A DNA stretch of 64,000 nt from Acidobacteriota bacterium (GCA_016211085.1 JACQSY010000128.1:1863-65862); one strand, 5' to 3'; counted from the stretch's first letter, positions 32,818 to 42,538 are shown. The notes: generated by a model not told the origin, from the letters alone. Program-made: numbers and translations.

Positions 32818-34110
32818 TCACTGGCTTAAGAGGCCGTCTTCCAAACGGATGATCTTAGCGGGAAACCTCTGATGCAGCCATGTTGAGTGAGAAATCGCAA
32901 TGACTCCGGTCCCTGAATCGACAAGCTGGGTAATAATGCGGGCGATTGCTTCAGCCGAAGCGTTGTCTTGCCCGAGCATTGGCTCGTCAAGGATTAGCCA
33001 GGGTCGTCCCATTGCCACTGTAGCGGCAAGCGCCACACGTTTTCGAATCACGAACGGCAGGTCGAGAGGGTGCTCGGAGCTAATGTGAGAAATGCCGAAG
33101 GCAGCCATTACACTCCGGCAGCGTGCAACGCATTCCTGCCCTCTCAGTCCGAGGGCAACTGGCCCAGCTTTGACTTCTTGCTCAACCGATGTTGAGAATA
33201 ACTGAAGGTCGGGATTTTGAAAATGGTACCCAACCACCTGACCAGGCTGTTTCCATGGATGTGATTGGTTACCATTGGCAAGAATCAGTCCAGAGTCTGG
33301 CCTAAGTGCTCCGCAGAGCAGCTTTGCAAGGGTGCTTTTCCCCGCCCCGTTGCGGCCTTCCAAAAAATAAAGGGTACCCGGTTCGAGGTCGGCTGCAACG
33401 TTGCGAAGAACTGTCGGACCTTGTGGATAACGGAAGGACAGCGAATCAAGTCTAAGGCAGTAAGGGGAGAAGTGCTGAATCCCTAGGTCTACACTAGAGT
33501 CGATCGGGTCAAATCGTAGTCGCCGCTTGGGAAACCTCTGATTGTTCACTGACAGCTTTGTGCGGCTATCGGATTTCGCCCATTCCCTCAGCCGGTTATC
33601 GGCAATCAAAGTTGACGTTTTGGAAAACCGGTCATCACCTAAATAATCTAGCAGTTTCATTTTCAATGAGGGCGCAATTTGCTCCAACGCGCAGTCAATA
33701 GCCAGAATAAACGGCTTGATCGATAGAGCACACGTTATTGCCAGGCACGCTTGTTCTCCTCCAGAAAGAGTGAACGGATTACGCCCGAAGAGTGGGCTGA
33801 TTCCAAGACTATCGATCACCTCTGCCAAAGGTGAATATTTCAGTTCCTCAACCAGGTGGAGTTGCAGCTCATGCCGCACCGTTGGAGCTAGTCCCGAGAT
33901 CGAGTTGTAAAGCTCCGGCCCAACATAAGCCAACCGAGGCACTGCGGCCCATGCTTGTGGCCTAGCTTGACCCTGGTTCACCAAACCGGTCAACTCACGG
34001 AGCAGCTCTGTTCGGCCGCTGAAATTGTTGCCCTCCAGGACAGCCACTCGAGATGACTCCAGATTTCCTAGCCACTCGCCTGTCAACCCTTCCCGTTTTT
34101 CAGCGGTCAT
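32818..34110 (-). CDS. Tandem-domain ABC ATPase of ECF type (EcfA-A' fusion) with one degenerate site
   Basis: Domain 1 has a degenerate Walker A (GNNFSGRTELL), signature LSGGEQ and LAIDCALEQ. Domain 2 has Walker A GRNGAGKST and Walker B WLILDEP, with the signature replaced by LPFVIRKR. Confidence 0.75.
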   Translation of the reverse strand: MTAEKREGLTGEWLGNLESSRVAVLEGNNFSGRTELLRELTGLVNQGQARPQAWAAVPRLAYVGPELYNSISGLAPTVRHELQLHLVEELKYSPLAEVIDSLGISPLFGRNPFTLSGGEQACLAITCALSIKPFILAIDCALEQIAPSLKMKLLDYLGDDRFSKTSTLIADNRLREWAKSDSRTKLSVNNQRFPKRRLRFDPIDSSVDLGIQHFSPYCLRLDSLSFRYPQGPTVLRNVAADLEPGTLYFLEGRNGAGKSTLAKLLCGALRPDSGLILANGNQSHPWKQPGQVVGYHFQNPDLQLFSTSVEQEVKAGPVALGLRGQECVARCRSVMAAFGISHISSEHPLDLPFVIRKRVALAATVAMGRPWLILDEPMLGQDNASAEAIARIITQLVDSGTGVIAISHSTWLHQRFPAKIIRLEDGLLSQ

Positions 34111-34877
34111 CCACTAACCCTCGTGGCGATGTTATAAACGAGCCAACTGAACGCAAGAAACACGAAAAAAGCACTGCCGGTGCTTGACCCGGCGCAGGGT
34201 TCAACTGGAAGAGTCTGAAGACGGGCGAGCAAGCCACGCTGGTGCCAAATCTCGGACCGCTGAATCGCAGACCGAAGCACCCATGCCAGCAGGGGGCGCA
34301 ACAGGAAGGGCAGTTGGCGAAGGCGGTTCGAAAAAGACCGATTTGGCACGAGGCCCCTCGCGTACCTGGCCGTGAGAACCTGGTCAGAACGAAGCCTCAG
34401 TTCTGGGCCGAGTGCGAGGGTACCCGCCACAATCACAAGACCTTCTCCTCTCAAACCCCAACACCTGACAGTAGCTATGAGCTGCTCTGGTGAGATGGTG
34501 AGAAAGCAGAGTTGGATCACTCCTCCGAGTACCGTTAATCGAAGCGCAACCATGCACCCAAAGCTCAGGCCTTCTTCTGGACTACTCCCGACCGGCATTC
34601 CTGGTGGCGCCGCCACCATCCAGCCCCAGACTAGCAATAGAGCAGCCGTCACAGGTCCGAGGAATACCGTGACAAACTTCATGTGCTGTCGCGCAATTCC
34701 ACCAGCGATTGTCAGAGGGAGGAGAATACCTAACCACGCCAACAGAAGCAGGTGTAGGTCGTTCGAAATCAGCGTCCCTACAATTGCCGCCGCCGCCGCC
34801 GCGCCGCGGGCACGGGGACTTGGTTCATACCGTCTCATTTGCACCCCGGAGAAAACCATTTCGAAAGAGGGCTTCAT
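34107..34877 (-). CDS. ECF transporter T component (EcfT/CbiQ-like)
   Basis: It is a polytopic membrane protein with the coupling-helix motif VLTARYARGL. The stop overlaps the ATPase start (ATGA). The start is uncertain (34877, 34859 or 34838). Confidence 0.6.
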   Translation of the reverse strand: MKPSFEMVFSGVQMRRYEPSPRARGAAAAAAIVGTLISNDLHLLLLAWLGILLPLTIAGGIARQHMKFVTVFLGPVTAALLLVWGWMVAAPPGMPVGSSPEEGLSFGCMVALRLTVLGGVIQLCFLTISPEQLIATVRCWGLRGEGLVIVAGTLALGPELRLRSDQVLTARYARGLVPNRSFSNRLRQLPFLLRPLLAWVLRSAIQRSEIWHQRGLLARLQTLPVEPCAGSSTGSAFFVFLAFSWLVYNIATRVSG

Positions 34878-35463
34878 TATGGAATCGGTCTAACAGCGTC
34901 TGGGGAATTCCGCGGAGCAGCCACACTGCCAGCAAGCATTGAATAGTCTTGTCTAAGGGTTCAGCCGCCAAGCCGGATAACACGACGGATTGGAGGACAC
35001 TCTTGCCGCTCGCAAGTAGAAAGGCCACGATGAGAGAAGCACCACTTCCTGTTATGCCTGCAAAGAGCGCCGTGATAACCGGAGCGCTGACAACTCCGGC
35101 AACAATCCCCAAACCGACTCCCGTTACTATGACAAGTTTATATGTTCGAAACGCCCCTTTTTTTGCAGCAAAGTAAGTGTAAATGGCGATAGCAGCCTGA
35201 GTACCTGAGAACCAAGGAAGGACGGGATTTACGAAAATTCCCCCGACTATGAAACTAACAACCCCGACTATGATCCCCGCCCGCATCCCAGCCAGTAAAG
35301 TGACCAGGATAGTGCCTACTGCGTCAACATAAATTGGAGCCTTGATCGTGTGCACCAAGGTGCCAAGGGAGAGATTGAGCGCAATCCCTAGAGGCAAGAG
35401 TGCAAGAACTAGCTGAGGATTTGTGGGACTGTGGGTTTCGTTACTGCGCGTTAGATTTTCCAT
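34825..35463 (-). CDS. ECF S-component-like substrate-capture membrane protein
   Basis: 212 aa with about 6 hydrophobic helices, first gene of the operon. A strong GGAGGTG lies 7 nt upstream of the ATG at 35463. Confidence 0.55.
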   Translation of the reverse strand: MENLTRSNETHSPTNPQLVLALLPLGIALNLSLGTLVHTIKAPIYVDAVGTILVTLLAGMRAGIIVGVVSFIVGGIFVNPVLPWFSGTQAAIAIYTYFAAKKGAFRTYKLVIVTGVGLGIVAGVVSAPVITALFAGITGSGASLIVAFLLASGKSVLQSVVLSGLAAEPLDKTIQCLLAVWLLRGIPQTLLDRFHNEALFRNGFLRGANETV

Positions 35464-36841
35464 TACCTTACACCTCCGTCGGTCTTTTTCGGTTTTTTCT
35501 CTAGAAATTTTACTGGACAGTTTGAAACAAGGCGATTCGGACTTTTGGCTGCAAAAAATGTGGTCAAAAAAACAAACGAATATTTTGCAAGTGAAATCAA
35601 AAGCAAGGGATTGCCCTCTTTAAATTACGCAGACATTTTTGCTCCTTTTCTGGGATCTCAGTATGAGACCGACTCGTACGTCCAAAAGTCACTCTTGCCA
35701 TCCCCAGTGACCCCTCTAAAATCGCCACCATGGAACATCATCCCTCTCCATCGGTCAGAGAGGCTGTGCAGCAAAGGAGGAGCGCGGAGGCAACCACGGC
35801 CCAGAGATGTTACGGTTGCCACAAACCAAAGACGAATTCAGACCAAAACTTCTACCTTTGCAGCGGCCATCTTTCCGTCCAGCTTTCTCAGGTGCAGGCG
35901 GTGAAACTGGATCGCCAGGGGACGAATCTCGGCAACCACGAGATCGCTGCCGCGGACAACGGGCCGTGCCAAGTCATCGAGAACGGAATCTGCCAGTTCC
36001 CGCAGAGTGTGCCAACGCTCGTTAGCTTCGTGAACGAAAAGCGGAACCATGGCGCGGCCATCTTTTATGTGAGGCGTGCTGCTGGAGAATAACAGAAGAG
36101 GGCGGGGTTTAATTTAAGGGTATCAACCTTTGGGCTCAGTCAAGGTGCGGCGGACCGGGCCGGGGTAACGAAATCGTCGGCTTCCCAGGTGCAGGGGGCG
36201 GGAAGGAATTAAAAATATTGTTGACCCGACGATCACAAGAAAAACTGCCGGCCATGACTGATTTCCGCCGTTTACACGGGGGGCTAAACCCACCGAAGAG
36301 AGCACAAGAAAGATGGAGGACAACGCCATACGCTCAATGTGGCTCGATGACCTCTGGAAGCGAATTCGCGCGGATTTCGGTCTGACGCCACTGCCGGAGC
36401 ATGCCCTTGTAACCTGTGGCTTTCCCTCTCGGGGGGCGCGTGGAGATTCGCCGGGCCGCAGGCCGGCAGAGATACTGAGAGAGGAGTGGAAGCGAAATGA
36501 CGGTTATGAAAGAAAAAACGTTCGTCCAAGCTGAAAACCCAACATCCCACGGCAGAAATCTGAACCCTAGATCAGCTGCACCGAACCCACCAGCTTCTCC
36601 TAATGAGGAGGGAGCTACGTGGGAGGAAGGGTACCGCGACGCGGTGCGCCGCTTATTCGAACTTTGTTTACAGGAGCAGTGACGAAATGGGAACGTGAGA
36701 AAAGATGGCCCACCGCCAGCCCCGAGATCGCGCCCCGGCCAGGAGCAACGAAATCGCAGACCAGTGATGGGCTTTTCTATTTATACGCCATGCTTCGGAC
36801 CCATGCAATCCGTCAACCAATGTAATCAGGAGAAAAATCTT

Positions 36842-37144
36842 ATGGCCAAATCCCAAACCTCGCCGTGCCTCTGGCTCAGCGTGGAGGCGGGCATTCGTAA
36901 GCTGGTGTCGCGCTGCCCGGAAGTTCGACAGCTGTTCCATGGATTCCGGCTGCAAGGCTGCAAGAAAATTCGAGACATCCCCTGCGGCGCCGAGGAGAAA
37001 GAACAGCTACTTCGGCAGCTGGTCGAAATGGTCAAGCAAAACGGAGCCTACCGCTTTCGGCGTATCCCGAAACGGGGAGCGCGGCGTGCGGGTTTAGATC
37101 CATGTGGACGGTCGCCAAAAATATTCAGGCCGAGATCTACCTAG
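36842..37144 (+). CDS. Hypothetical basic protein
   Basis: AGGAGA lies 8 nt upstream of the ATG at 36842. 100 aa, MAKSQTSPCLWLSVEAGIRKLV... Confidence 0.35.
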   Translation: MAKSQTSPCLWLSVEAGIRKLVSRCPEVRQLFHGFRLQGCKKIRDIPCGAEEKEQLLRQLVEMVKQNGAYRFRRIPKRGARRAGLDPCGRSPKIFRPRST

Positions 37145-37300
37145 TGTGGGTCCAAGGCCAGGATGCGATACCTCCGAAGATTTTGTATGGGCCACCAGAA
37201 AGCAGATCGACCTCGCACGGAGACTGCTTTCGGCGCCGCCCTCGCCGGTCGTAGGGAAGGACATCAACGGAATTGCAGAAAAGAGAAAGTGTTGAAAACC

Positions 37301-38215
37301 ATGACTTCAGATATCGGTCTGATTCGACAGTTGCTTGAGGCTACCGGCTGCCGCGGGTCGGGAACGTCCGCAACGGAACGTCGGCTTGCGGCTCTCCTTA
37401 TTCTCTCTTCAGTCTTGATGTCGGCCTGCGGGTATGATGGCCTTGCTCCGGCGCTGAAATCCATCGGACTCTCCAAGGACGTTCCCGGTCCCATCCAGGT
37501 GGATATCGTTCTTGACCCGTCGGATGGTTCTCCAGGCGCAAACGAGGCCAGCCTGAAATCCGCCCTCAACGTCGTGCTCCCAATAGCGGGCGAGCGCTTT
37601 GGCAGCGATGTCAGGCTGTGGGCCATGGCCGCCTCGGCGGGCGAGACGCGTATTCTTGAAGAACTGCGCTCTGAGCGACCAAAGCGTCTGACGACCGCAG
37701 CGCGCCGGGCGCAGGTGGAAAGATTTATAAGCCTTGCTGAGGCTGCATTTCTCAAGAGCACCGCGCCGCTGTTAAGCGATCCCCATCGGGACCGCTCCCG
37801 CAGTCCCATTCTGGAGTCCATAGCCAAGGTTGCTGCCTACTCCGCGGTGCCGGAGAACGTGCGGCGGTTTCTCATCGTGATATCCGACCTCAGGGAGGTC
37901 AGTGAGCTGGGAGGTGACTGGGAGTGCAACCGCTTGCCGCAGCCGGAGCAGTTCCTCAAGAGACTCCATTCTGCGCAGATACTCACTCCTGGGTCGCTTA
38001 GCGAGGCGCATGTAATTCTCACCTACGCTTCCGGTGTCTTTGACGAAGTCCCACGCCAGCGGTGCCCGTTCGTTTTCGGTCACGGTGTCCAGATTCGCCG
38101 GCTCTGGGAAGCTGTCCTGAAAGCCGCTGGCAGGCAGTCCGTGCGCTTCAAGGGCGGGGCCATCACGCGGGACGACCTGGCTGTTCCCGAAAGGCGGGAG
38201 GCAAGAAACCAATGA
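37301..38215 (+). CDS. Putative lipoprotein of unknown function
   Basis: The hydrophobic stretch LAALLILSSVLMSAC ends in a lipobox-like Cys. The rest is soluble. The stop overlaps the next start. Confidence 0.5.
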   Translation: MTSDIGLIRQLLEATGCRGSGTSATERRLAALLILSSVLMSACGYDGLAPALKSIGLSKDVPGPIQVDIVLDPSDGSPGANEASLKSALNVVLPIAGERFGSDVRLWAMAASAGETRILEELRSERPKRLTTAARRAQVERFISLAEAAFLKSTAPLLSDPHRDRSRSPILESIAKVAAYSAVPENVRRFLIVISDLREVSELGGDWECNRLPQPEQFLKRLHSAQILTPGSLSEAHVILTYASGVFDEVPRQRCPFVFGHGVQIRRLWEAVLKAAGRQSVRFKGGAITRDDLAVPERREARNQ

Positions 38216-38988
38216 GCGATATTTTGACGTTGTCTGAATCGTTCCGACTATGGCGTATCCGGAAGTTCATCCGAAACGGCGGCAACCCGGAAGCTGCGAT
38301 TCCGGTCGTCATTGGGAAACGCCCAGAGCCCCTTAACCCGGTAGAAAACTACCGCCACGGCCGCTGGAGGGATGTTGTCAACGAGCGCTTGCCCATCGTT
38401 GAGAACCTTCGGGAGGATCTGCGGGAAGTGGTGGCCAAGATGAGCAGCCACCGGTACATCAGCCCGTGGCTGTTGAGGTTTGTCCTTCCCTTCCTGCTGG
38501 CAGGGGAATTTGCCGGAGCCCTTCTGATAATGCCGGCCATTGGCATTGAAGAGGCTACACGAGCAGTTCCGGCCTTCATGTTGGCCTGCATCGTTTTTGC
38601 TCTTGTTCAGTGGGCTGCCCGCGCACGTATCCACCGTCTCGTCGCGCTCACGGCGTGTGGCCTCATCATCGTCGCGCTCGGCGCGGTTCGCGCAAATGAA
38701 ATCATTCAGGAGGACGAGTCGCCGGCCGTTGCCATAGCGTTGCTGGTGATCGGCGTTGCTCTTTCAGTTGGCCCGGCTGCTTTGGCGGAAGCCGCGATGC
38801 GGCGGCTTCACGAGTCGGTGGAGCTGTCGCGGAAGAAGAAGGCGATCGAGTGCGAGCTGCGCGGGCACGAGAACGAGGTTTCAAAAGCGGATTCCAGCGC
38901 CATGTCTGCTGCGTCAGCCCCCGAGGAGTGGGACATGAAGGCGGCGTGGCTTCGCGCATGGTGTGAAGCGGTCCGTAGGAACAAATAA
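38212..38988 (+). CDS. Membrane protein (about 4 TM) with C-terminal coiled-coil-like tail
   Basis: ATGA start/stop overlap with the upstream gene. Hydrophobic segments include LRFVLPFLLAGEFAGALLIMPAIG, AFMLACIVFALVQWAA, LTACGLIIVALGAV and VAIALLVIGVALSVGPAAL. Confidence 0.55.
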   Translation: MSDILTLSESFRLWRIRKFIRNGGNPEAAIPVVIGKRPEPLNPVENYRHGRWRDVVNERLPIVENLREDLREVVAKMSSHRYISPWLLRFVLPFLLAGEFAGALLIMPAIGIEEATRAVPAFMLACIVFALVQWAARARIHRLVALTACGLIIVALGAVRANEIIQEDESPAVAIALLVIGVALSVGPAALAEAAMRRLHESVELSRKKKAIECELRGHENEVSKADSSAMSAASAPEEWDMKAAWLRAWCEAVRRNK

Positions 38989-39010
38989 CAACCAATGGAG
39001 GATTAACAAC

Positions 39011-39949
39011 ATGAGCAGGGAATTAACAGTTCCAGACCACAAACCCGCCTCTGTGGGGGCTGCAAGAGTCCTCACCATCGGTTCAAACCGTGCCGCACGG
39101 GAAAACCTGCGGCATCTTCTTGAGCTGCCCGTCGCGCCTGGGAGCCTCGTCCGCCGAGTCGATTATCTGGACGCTGTTCCCGGCCGGGCATCGCAGCTGG
39201 CTGTGATGGCGGCCTCTGCGGGCCTGGAGTCCCGCGGCTATGACTCGGTGTTTACCGAACGTGCACCCGTAGACCTCGTGGACCAGTACGATGCCGTCGT
39301 TTTCACCCCGGACAACGCGGCCACAATAGCGGATGGTTTCCGGATGCTCCTGGCAAAGCCTGTGGTTGCTTATCTGCTTTTGGGAATGCCAGACGGTTTG
39401 CTTTTCGGCGTAGCTGCCATCGGTGGAGTGGGTGACGAACCGAACCGCCACAAGCCCACAGCTTTCTTTGACGCTGTGCAGCGCGTTACGGCGCGCAGCA
39501 GGGCTCGGGATTTCTGGGGAGAAAATGCTCCGTCCCAGTACAGGACCATGGAACCAGCCTATCGCCAGGTTTTCGGCAGACATCTTCAGGACAATCTGTC
39601 GCGGATTCTTGCGGGTCTTGAGCCTGAGTCGTACCCGATGGAAATCACGCGGGACGGCCGGTCGATGAATCCGATGGTGGTCCATGACAGCGGTGGTGGG
39701 TGGGCGGAGCCTCGCCAACTGGCAGAGATGGCGATCAATGAAGTCGGCGTTCTGCCGGGTCGGAGTTTCGTCATCGCCGAAATCGGTCCACAGGGGTTGC
39801 GCTTCCACATCGCACAGCTCCGGAAAATCGACCGTGAATTGTCGGTTCAGGGCACGGTCCGCTTTGACCCAGATGCGTTTGAGCAGGCTATCCGGGAAGC
39901 TGAGCGCAAGGCGCTGTCGGCGCGGAATCGGGTCATCACGACCGACTGA
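39011..39949 (+). CDS. Hypothetical soluble protein
   Basis: 313 aa from the ATG at 39011. I recognised no motif. Confidence 0.5.
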   Translation: MSRELTVPDHKPASVGAARVLTIGSNRAARENLRHLLELPVAPGSLVRRVDYLDAVPGRASQLAVMAASAGLESRGYDSVFTERAPVDLVDQYDAVVFTPDNAATIADGFRMLLAKPVVAYLLLGMPDGLLFGVAAIGGVGDEPNRHKPTAFFDAVQRVTARSRARDFWGENAPSQYRTMEPAYRQVFGRHLQDNLSRILAGLEPESYPMEITRDGRSMNPMVVHDSGGGWAEPRQLAEMAINEVGVLPGRSFVIAEIGPQGLRFHIAQLRKIDRELSVQGTVRFDPDAFEQAIREAERKALSARNRVITTD

Positions 39950-40048
39950 TTGAGGGGGAACAGTCGCCGGCGCGTCCTGGCTGCCGCTGCCGGCTGTCAA
40001 CGTTTCGCGGCTCCGGGGACGGAGCCCCAGATTTAGGAGGCAAATTCG

Positions 40049-40255
40049 ATGCAAACTTTCTGGTACATATTCAGGCTCCGGATTCTTCCGGCTCTCGCGT
40101 TCTTTTTCAGGCACGTTGTTCCGATCGGGCTCTGGTTCGTCGGGGTCTACCTATTCGCGATGCTGGTCCTTCCCATGGTAGCGGTGGCATGGCTCCCCAT
40201 TGCGATACTCTGCACGGTTCTGGCGATTTTGGACCGCACAAAGGGGGCGCGATGA
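40049..40255 (+). CDS. Small 2-TM membrane protein
   Basis: 68 aa with two hydrophobic helices. Confidence 0.45.
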   Translation: MQTFWYIFRLRILPALAFFFRHVVPIGLWFVGVYLFAMLVLPMVAVAWLPIAILCTVLAILDRTKGAR

Positions 40256-40464
40256 GCAGGCCGGAATATTCAAAAGCCGTCGGCATGCCTGGCGGACGAC
40301 GGCAAGAGCAGCCGACGGCGCTGATTTTAGAAAAGGGCAAATCGACTGAGGATACACATCAGTTTCGGACGTCGAAGGTCCTAGTTCGAGAAGGGGGTAA
40401 CCATGGAATCAAGGGAAGAAGAATGCGTCACATGTCTGCTCGATCCCAGCGCGGTAGTTGCTGA
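40252..40464 (+). CDS. Possible small basic protein
   Basis: The ATG overlaps the previous stop (ATGA) and AAGGGGG lies 5 nt upstream. It overlaps the next ORF by 62 nt. Confidence 0.3.
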   Translation: MSRPEYSKAVGMPGGRRQEQPTALILEKGKSTEDTHQFRTSKVLVREGGNHGIKGRRMRHMSARSQRGSC

Positions 40465-40975
40465 CAAGGCGCAAATGCTCGCTGACTACCTTCAATACTA
40501 CGCGGCGGTGGGTGCGAGTATCGGTGTAGGGAGGCGAGGAGGTCGTGAAACGGCCATTCGAGTGCTGTGTCAAACCCTCTCGCCGAATATCGAGGCAGCT
40601 CTGGATAAATTGCGACCCATCTTTGTCGAGATAGACCAATACAGGGAATCAGAAAAGGCGGCACGACGGGCCAGAACAAGAGAGACATCGCGCCGACTCC
40701 ATGAAGTGCCGTCAGGAACCCCTGTGGCTATCAAGAATTACAATCGTGACGAGCTTGTCTTTTTCCTTGAGGCGAAGCGCACGAGGTTTGTTGCTGAATA
40801 CCCCGATGGGAGACTTGTCAGTGTTCCAGTGGAATTGTTCCTCCGGGTCCATGATGAGCCGTCGCCAGAGAGACTATCTGAGAACAATAAAGAGATCCGA
40901 CAACTCATAAGGGCACTCGCCAGCCGCCAAAGACAAGAAGTGAGTAGGAGGACGGTTCCCCTGGAAACAATATGA
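40403..40975 (+). CDS. Hypothetical protein
   Basis: 190 aa, with AAGGGGG 5 nt upstream of the ATG. Confidence 0.45.
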   Translation: MESREEECVTCLLDPSAVVADKAQMLADYLQYYAAVGASIGVGRRGGRETAIRVLCQTLSPNIEAALDKLRPIFVEIDQYRESEKAARRARTRETSRRLHEVPSGTPVAIKNYNRDELVFFLEAKRTRFVAEYPDGRLVSVPVELFLRVHDEPSPERLSENNKEIRQLIRALASRQRQEVSRRTVPLETI

Positions 40976-41110
40976 TCAGTAAACCAGTGGCACTTATCCA
41001 AATCCCAAATCAAAGGCTCTTCGGCGCCAAGATCGCGCGGGGCCCTGGGGAGGCGGAACGGCACGGCCATACTTTTTGGGTGAATCGCTATTTCAGCAAC
41101 GAAAGGAGAT

Positions 41111-41872
41111 ATGACAATGCTCAAAACTGAATCCATTCAACAGCCAGTTTCGTGGCTCCAGCTATTGCCGCCTCTTGACAGGCCCAAGCATCCCGAGCTC
41201 CGTGCAGGGCTGAGGCTGCACGAGGAAGCAATCCAGCGCCTCGTGCGGAAGTGGGATGAGGAGGGTATTCGCTGGCACGAGGAGCAGATCGAGATCCTGC
41301 AGTCTGCCCATGTCGCCAACTGCGTTGTAGAGGACCTGAACATCGCAGGAATCCCAGCGGCCCAGTTCGCTCGTGTGCCGGTATTTCCGGGCTCGCGCGA
41401 GCCGCAGGTCGTTTACAGCCATGGCGATGACGGCTGGCTCGTTACCCGACTCGAGGACAGCAAAATCCTGCCGCCGGACGAGGGTCTTGAAATCCTCGAC
41501 CGCGTGCGCCGGCAGAGTGGGTATCCGATCCCCGCTGTATACGTCGCCGAGGAGATTACGCTTCTGCCGCTTCGCCGGGAGAAGTCTCTCGGCCAGGTCA
41601 TCAAGGAGACCGCTGACCAGGTCGGCGGCATGATGAACGGCACGGTCGCTGTGGCGGCTTTCGCTGGCGCGGTCCTCAGCTCAGCGGCAAGCTCACTTTT
41701 GATGGTCGCGACCACGTGCCCACTCATTCTTGTATGCGTCGGTGAATGGGGACACTTGCTTAGCATTTACAAGTTCGACCTGCCTGCGCCCGAGAAGATG
41801 TCCCAGCGCTTGCGCAGGCTTTCGAGCACAAAAACATGGCGGTCTACGAAGGCCAGCGATACTACGAAGTAG
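41111..41872 (+). CDS. Hypothetical protein with C-terminal hydrophobic segments
   Basis: 253 aa, including GTVAVAAFAGAVLSSAASSLLMVATTCPLILVCVG. Confidence 0.5.
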   Translation: MTMLKTESIQQPVSWLQLLPPLDRPKHPELRAGLRLHEEAIQRLVRKWDEEGIRWHEEQIEILQSAHVANCVVEDLNIAGIPAAQFARVPVFPGSREPQVVYSHGDDGWLVTRLEDSKILPPDEGLEILDRVRRQSGYPIPAVYVAEEITLLPLRREKSLGQVIKETADQVGGMMNGTVAVAAFAGAVLSSAASSLLMVATTCPLILVCVGEWGHLLSIYKFDLPAPEKMSQRLRRLSSTKTWRSTKASDTTK

Positions 41873-42453
41873 CGGGCGCGGACTGGCGGCCCAAGGGCTG
41901 GAAAGCCCGGCACGTCCGGAACTGCGCCACCTTTTCCTGGGTGGCGCTGTGTGCCTTCGCGGTTGTCTGCTTCGAGCGCCACATCGATTTTCACTTCTAC
42001 GGCGCCAATTATTTCTTGGCAGGAATACCGTGGGTGTTCATGCGTTTCTGGGTAGGACTGTTCCTGGCAGTCGAGGCGGCCTTCTTTCTGGACAAAAAGA
42101 TAGATCATGAGCTCAGGGAGTTCCTGGTGCCGCTTGCTGCGGTGGTCTCAATGCTATTTCTTCTGTTTGAAATGACCAGGGCGTTCGAGGGTTTCGCGTG
42201 CTTCCTGCTGTTCCTCGCGATCTATGTCCTGTGGCCGGTTGCCACACACGTTGTTTTCCGTTACTGGGCCCAGCAGTCGCGCGCATTCCCCAAGTACCCG
42301 GTGATGCCGGTCGCGGCCGTGGTCGGAGTGGTCGCGGGTCTGGCCCTCGGATTTGCGCTCCCGGCCCGTTTTCTCCTTGACATCATCTTCCTGCAAACGA
42401 GATCAGGCCAGTACGTCGTGAGGCTTATTGACTCTCAGGGCAGGCTTTGGTGA
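41836..42453 (+). CDS. Polytopic membrane protein
   Basis: 205 aa with 4-5 hydrophobic helices. It overlaps the previous gene by 37 nt. Confidence 0.5.
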   Translation: MAVYEGQRYYEVAGADWRPKGWKARHVRNCATFSWVALCAFAVVCFERHIDFHFYGANYFLAGIPWVFMRFWVGLFLAVEAAFFLDKKIDHELREFLVPLAAVVSMLFLLFEMTRAFEGFACFLLFLAIYVLWPVATHVVFRYWAQQSRAFPKYPVMPVAAVVGVVAGLALGFALPARFLLDIIFLQTRSGQYVVRLIDSQGRLW

Positions 42454-42538
42454 CAAACATTTGCTCTTCCAGGCAAGGGCGGAGAATGTGGCAGCGAGAA
42501 AAATCAGCGACTTCTACATCAGGTTTACGCTCGAGCTG

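Noticed and set aside
35641-35700. A possible TPP-type riboswitch in the leader of the ECF operon, suggested by a CUGAGA motif on the minus strand.
   Set aside because: The CUGAGA is simply part of a GGUCUC/GAGAUC hairpin. The remaining conserved TPP elements (the ACCUGAUCUGGAUAAUGCCAGCG-like segment) are absent. It would need an Rfam scan to revisit.
39083-40114. A 343-aa minus-strand ORF.
   Set aside because: It is antisense to the co-directional, translationally coupled + strand operon (39011-39949, 40049-40255). Its Arg/Pro-rich composition is typical of an antisense frame.
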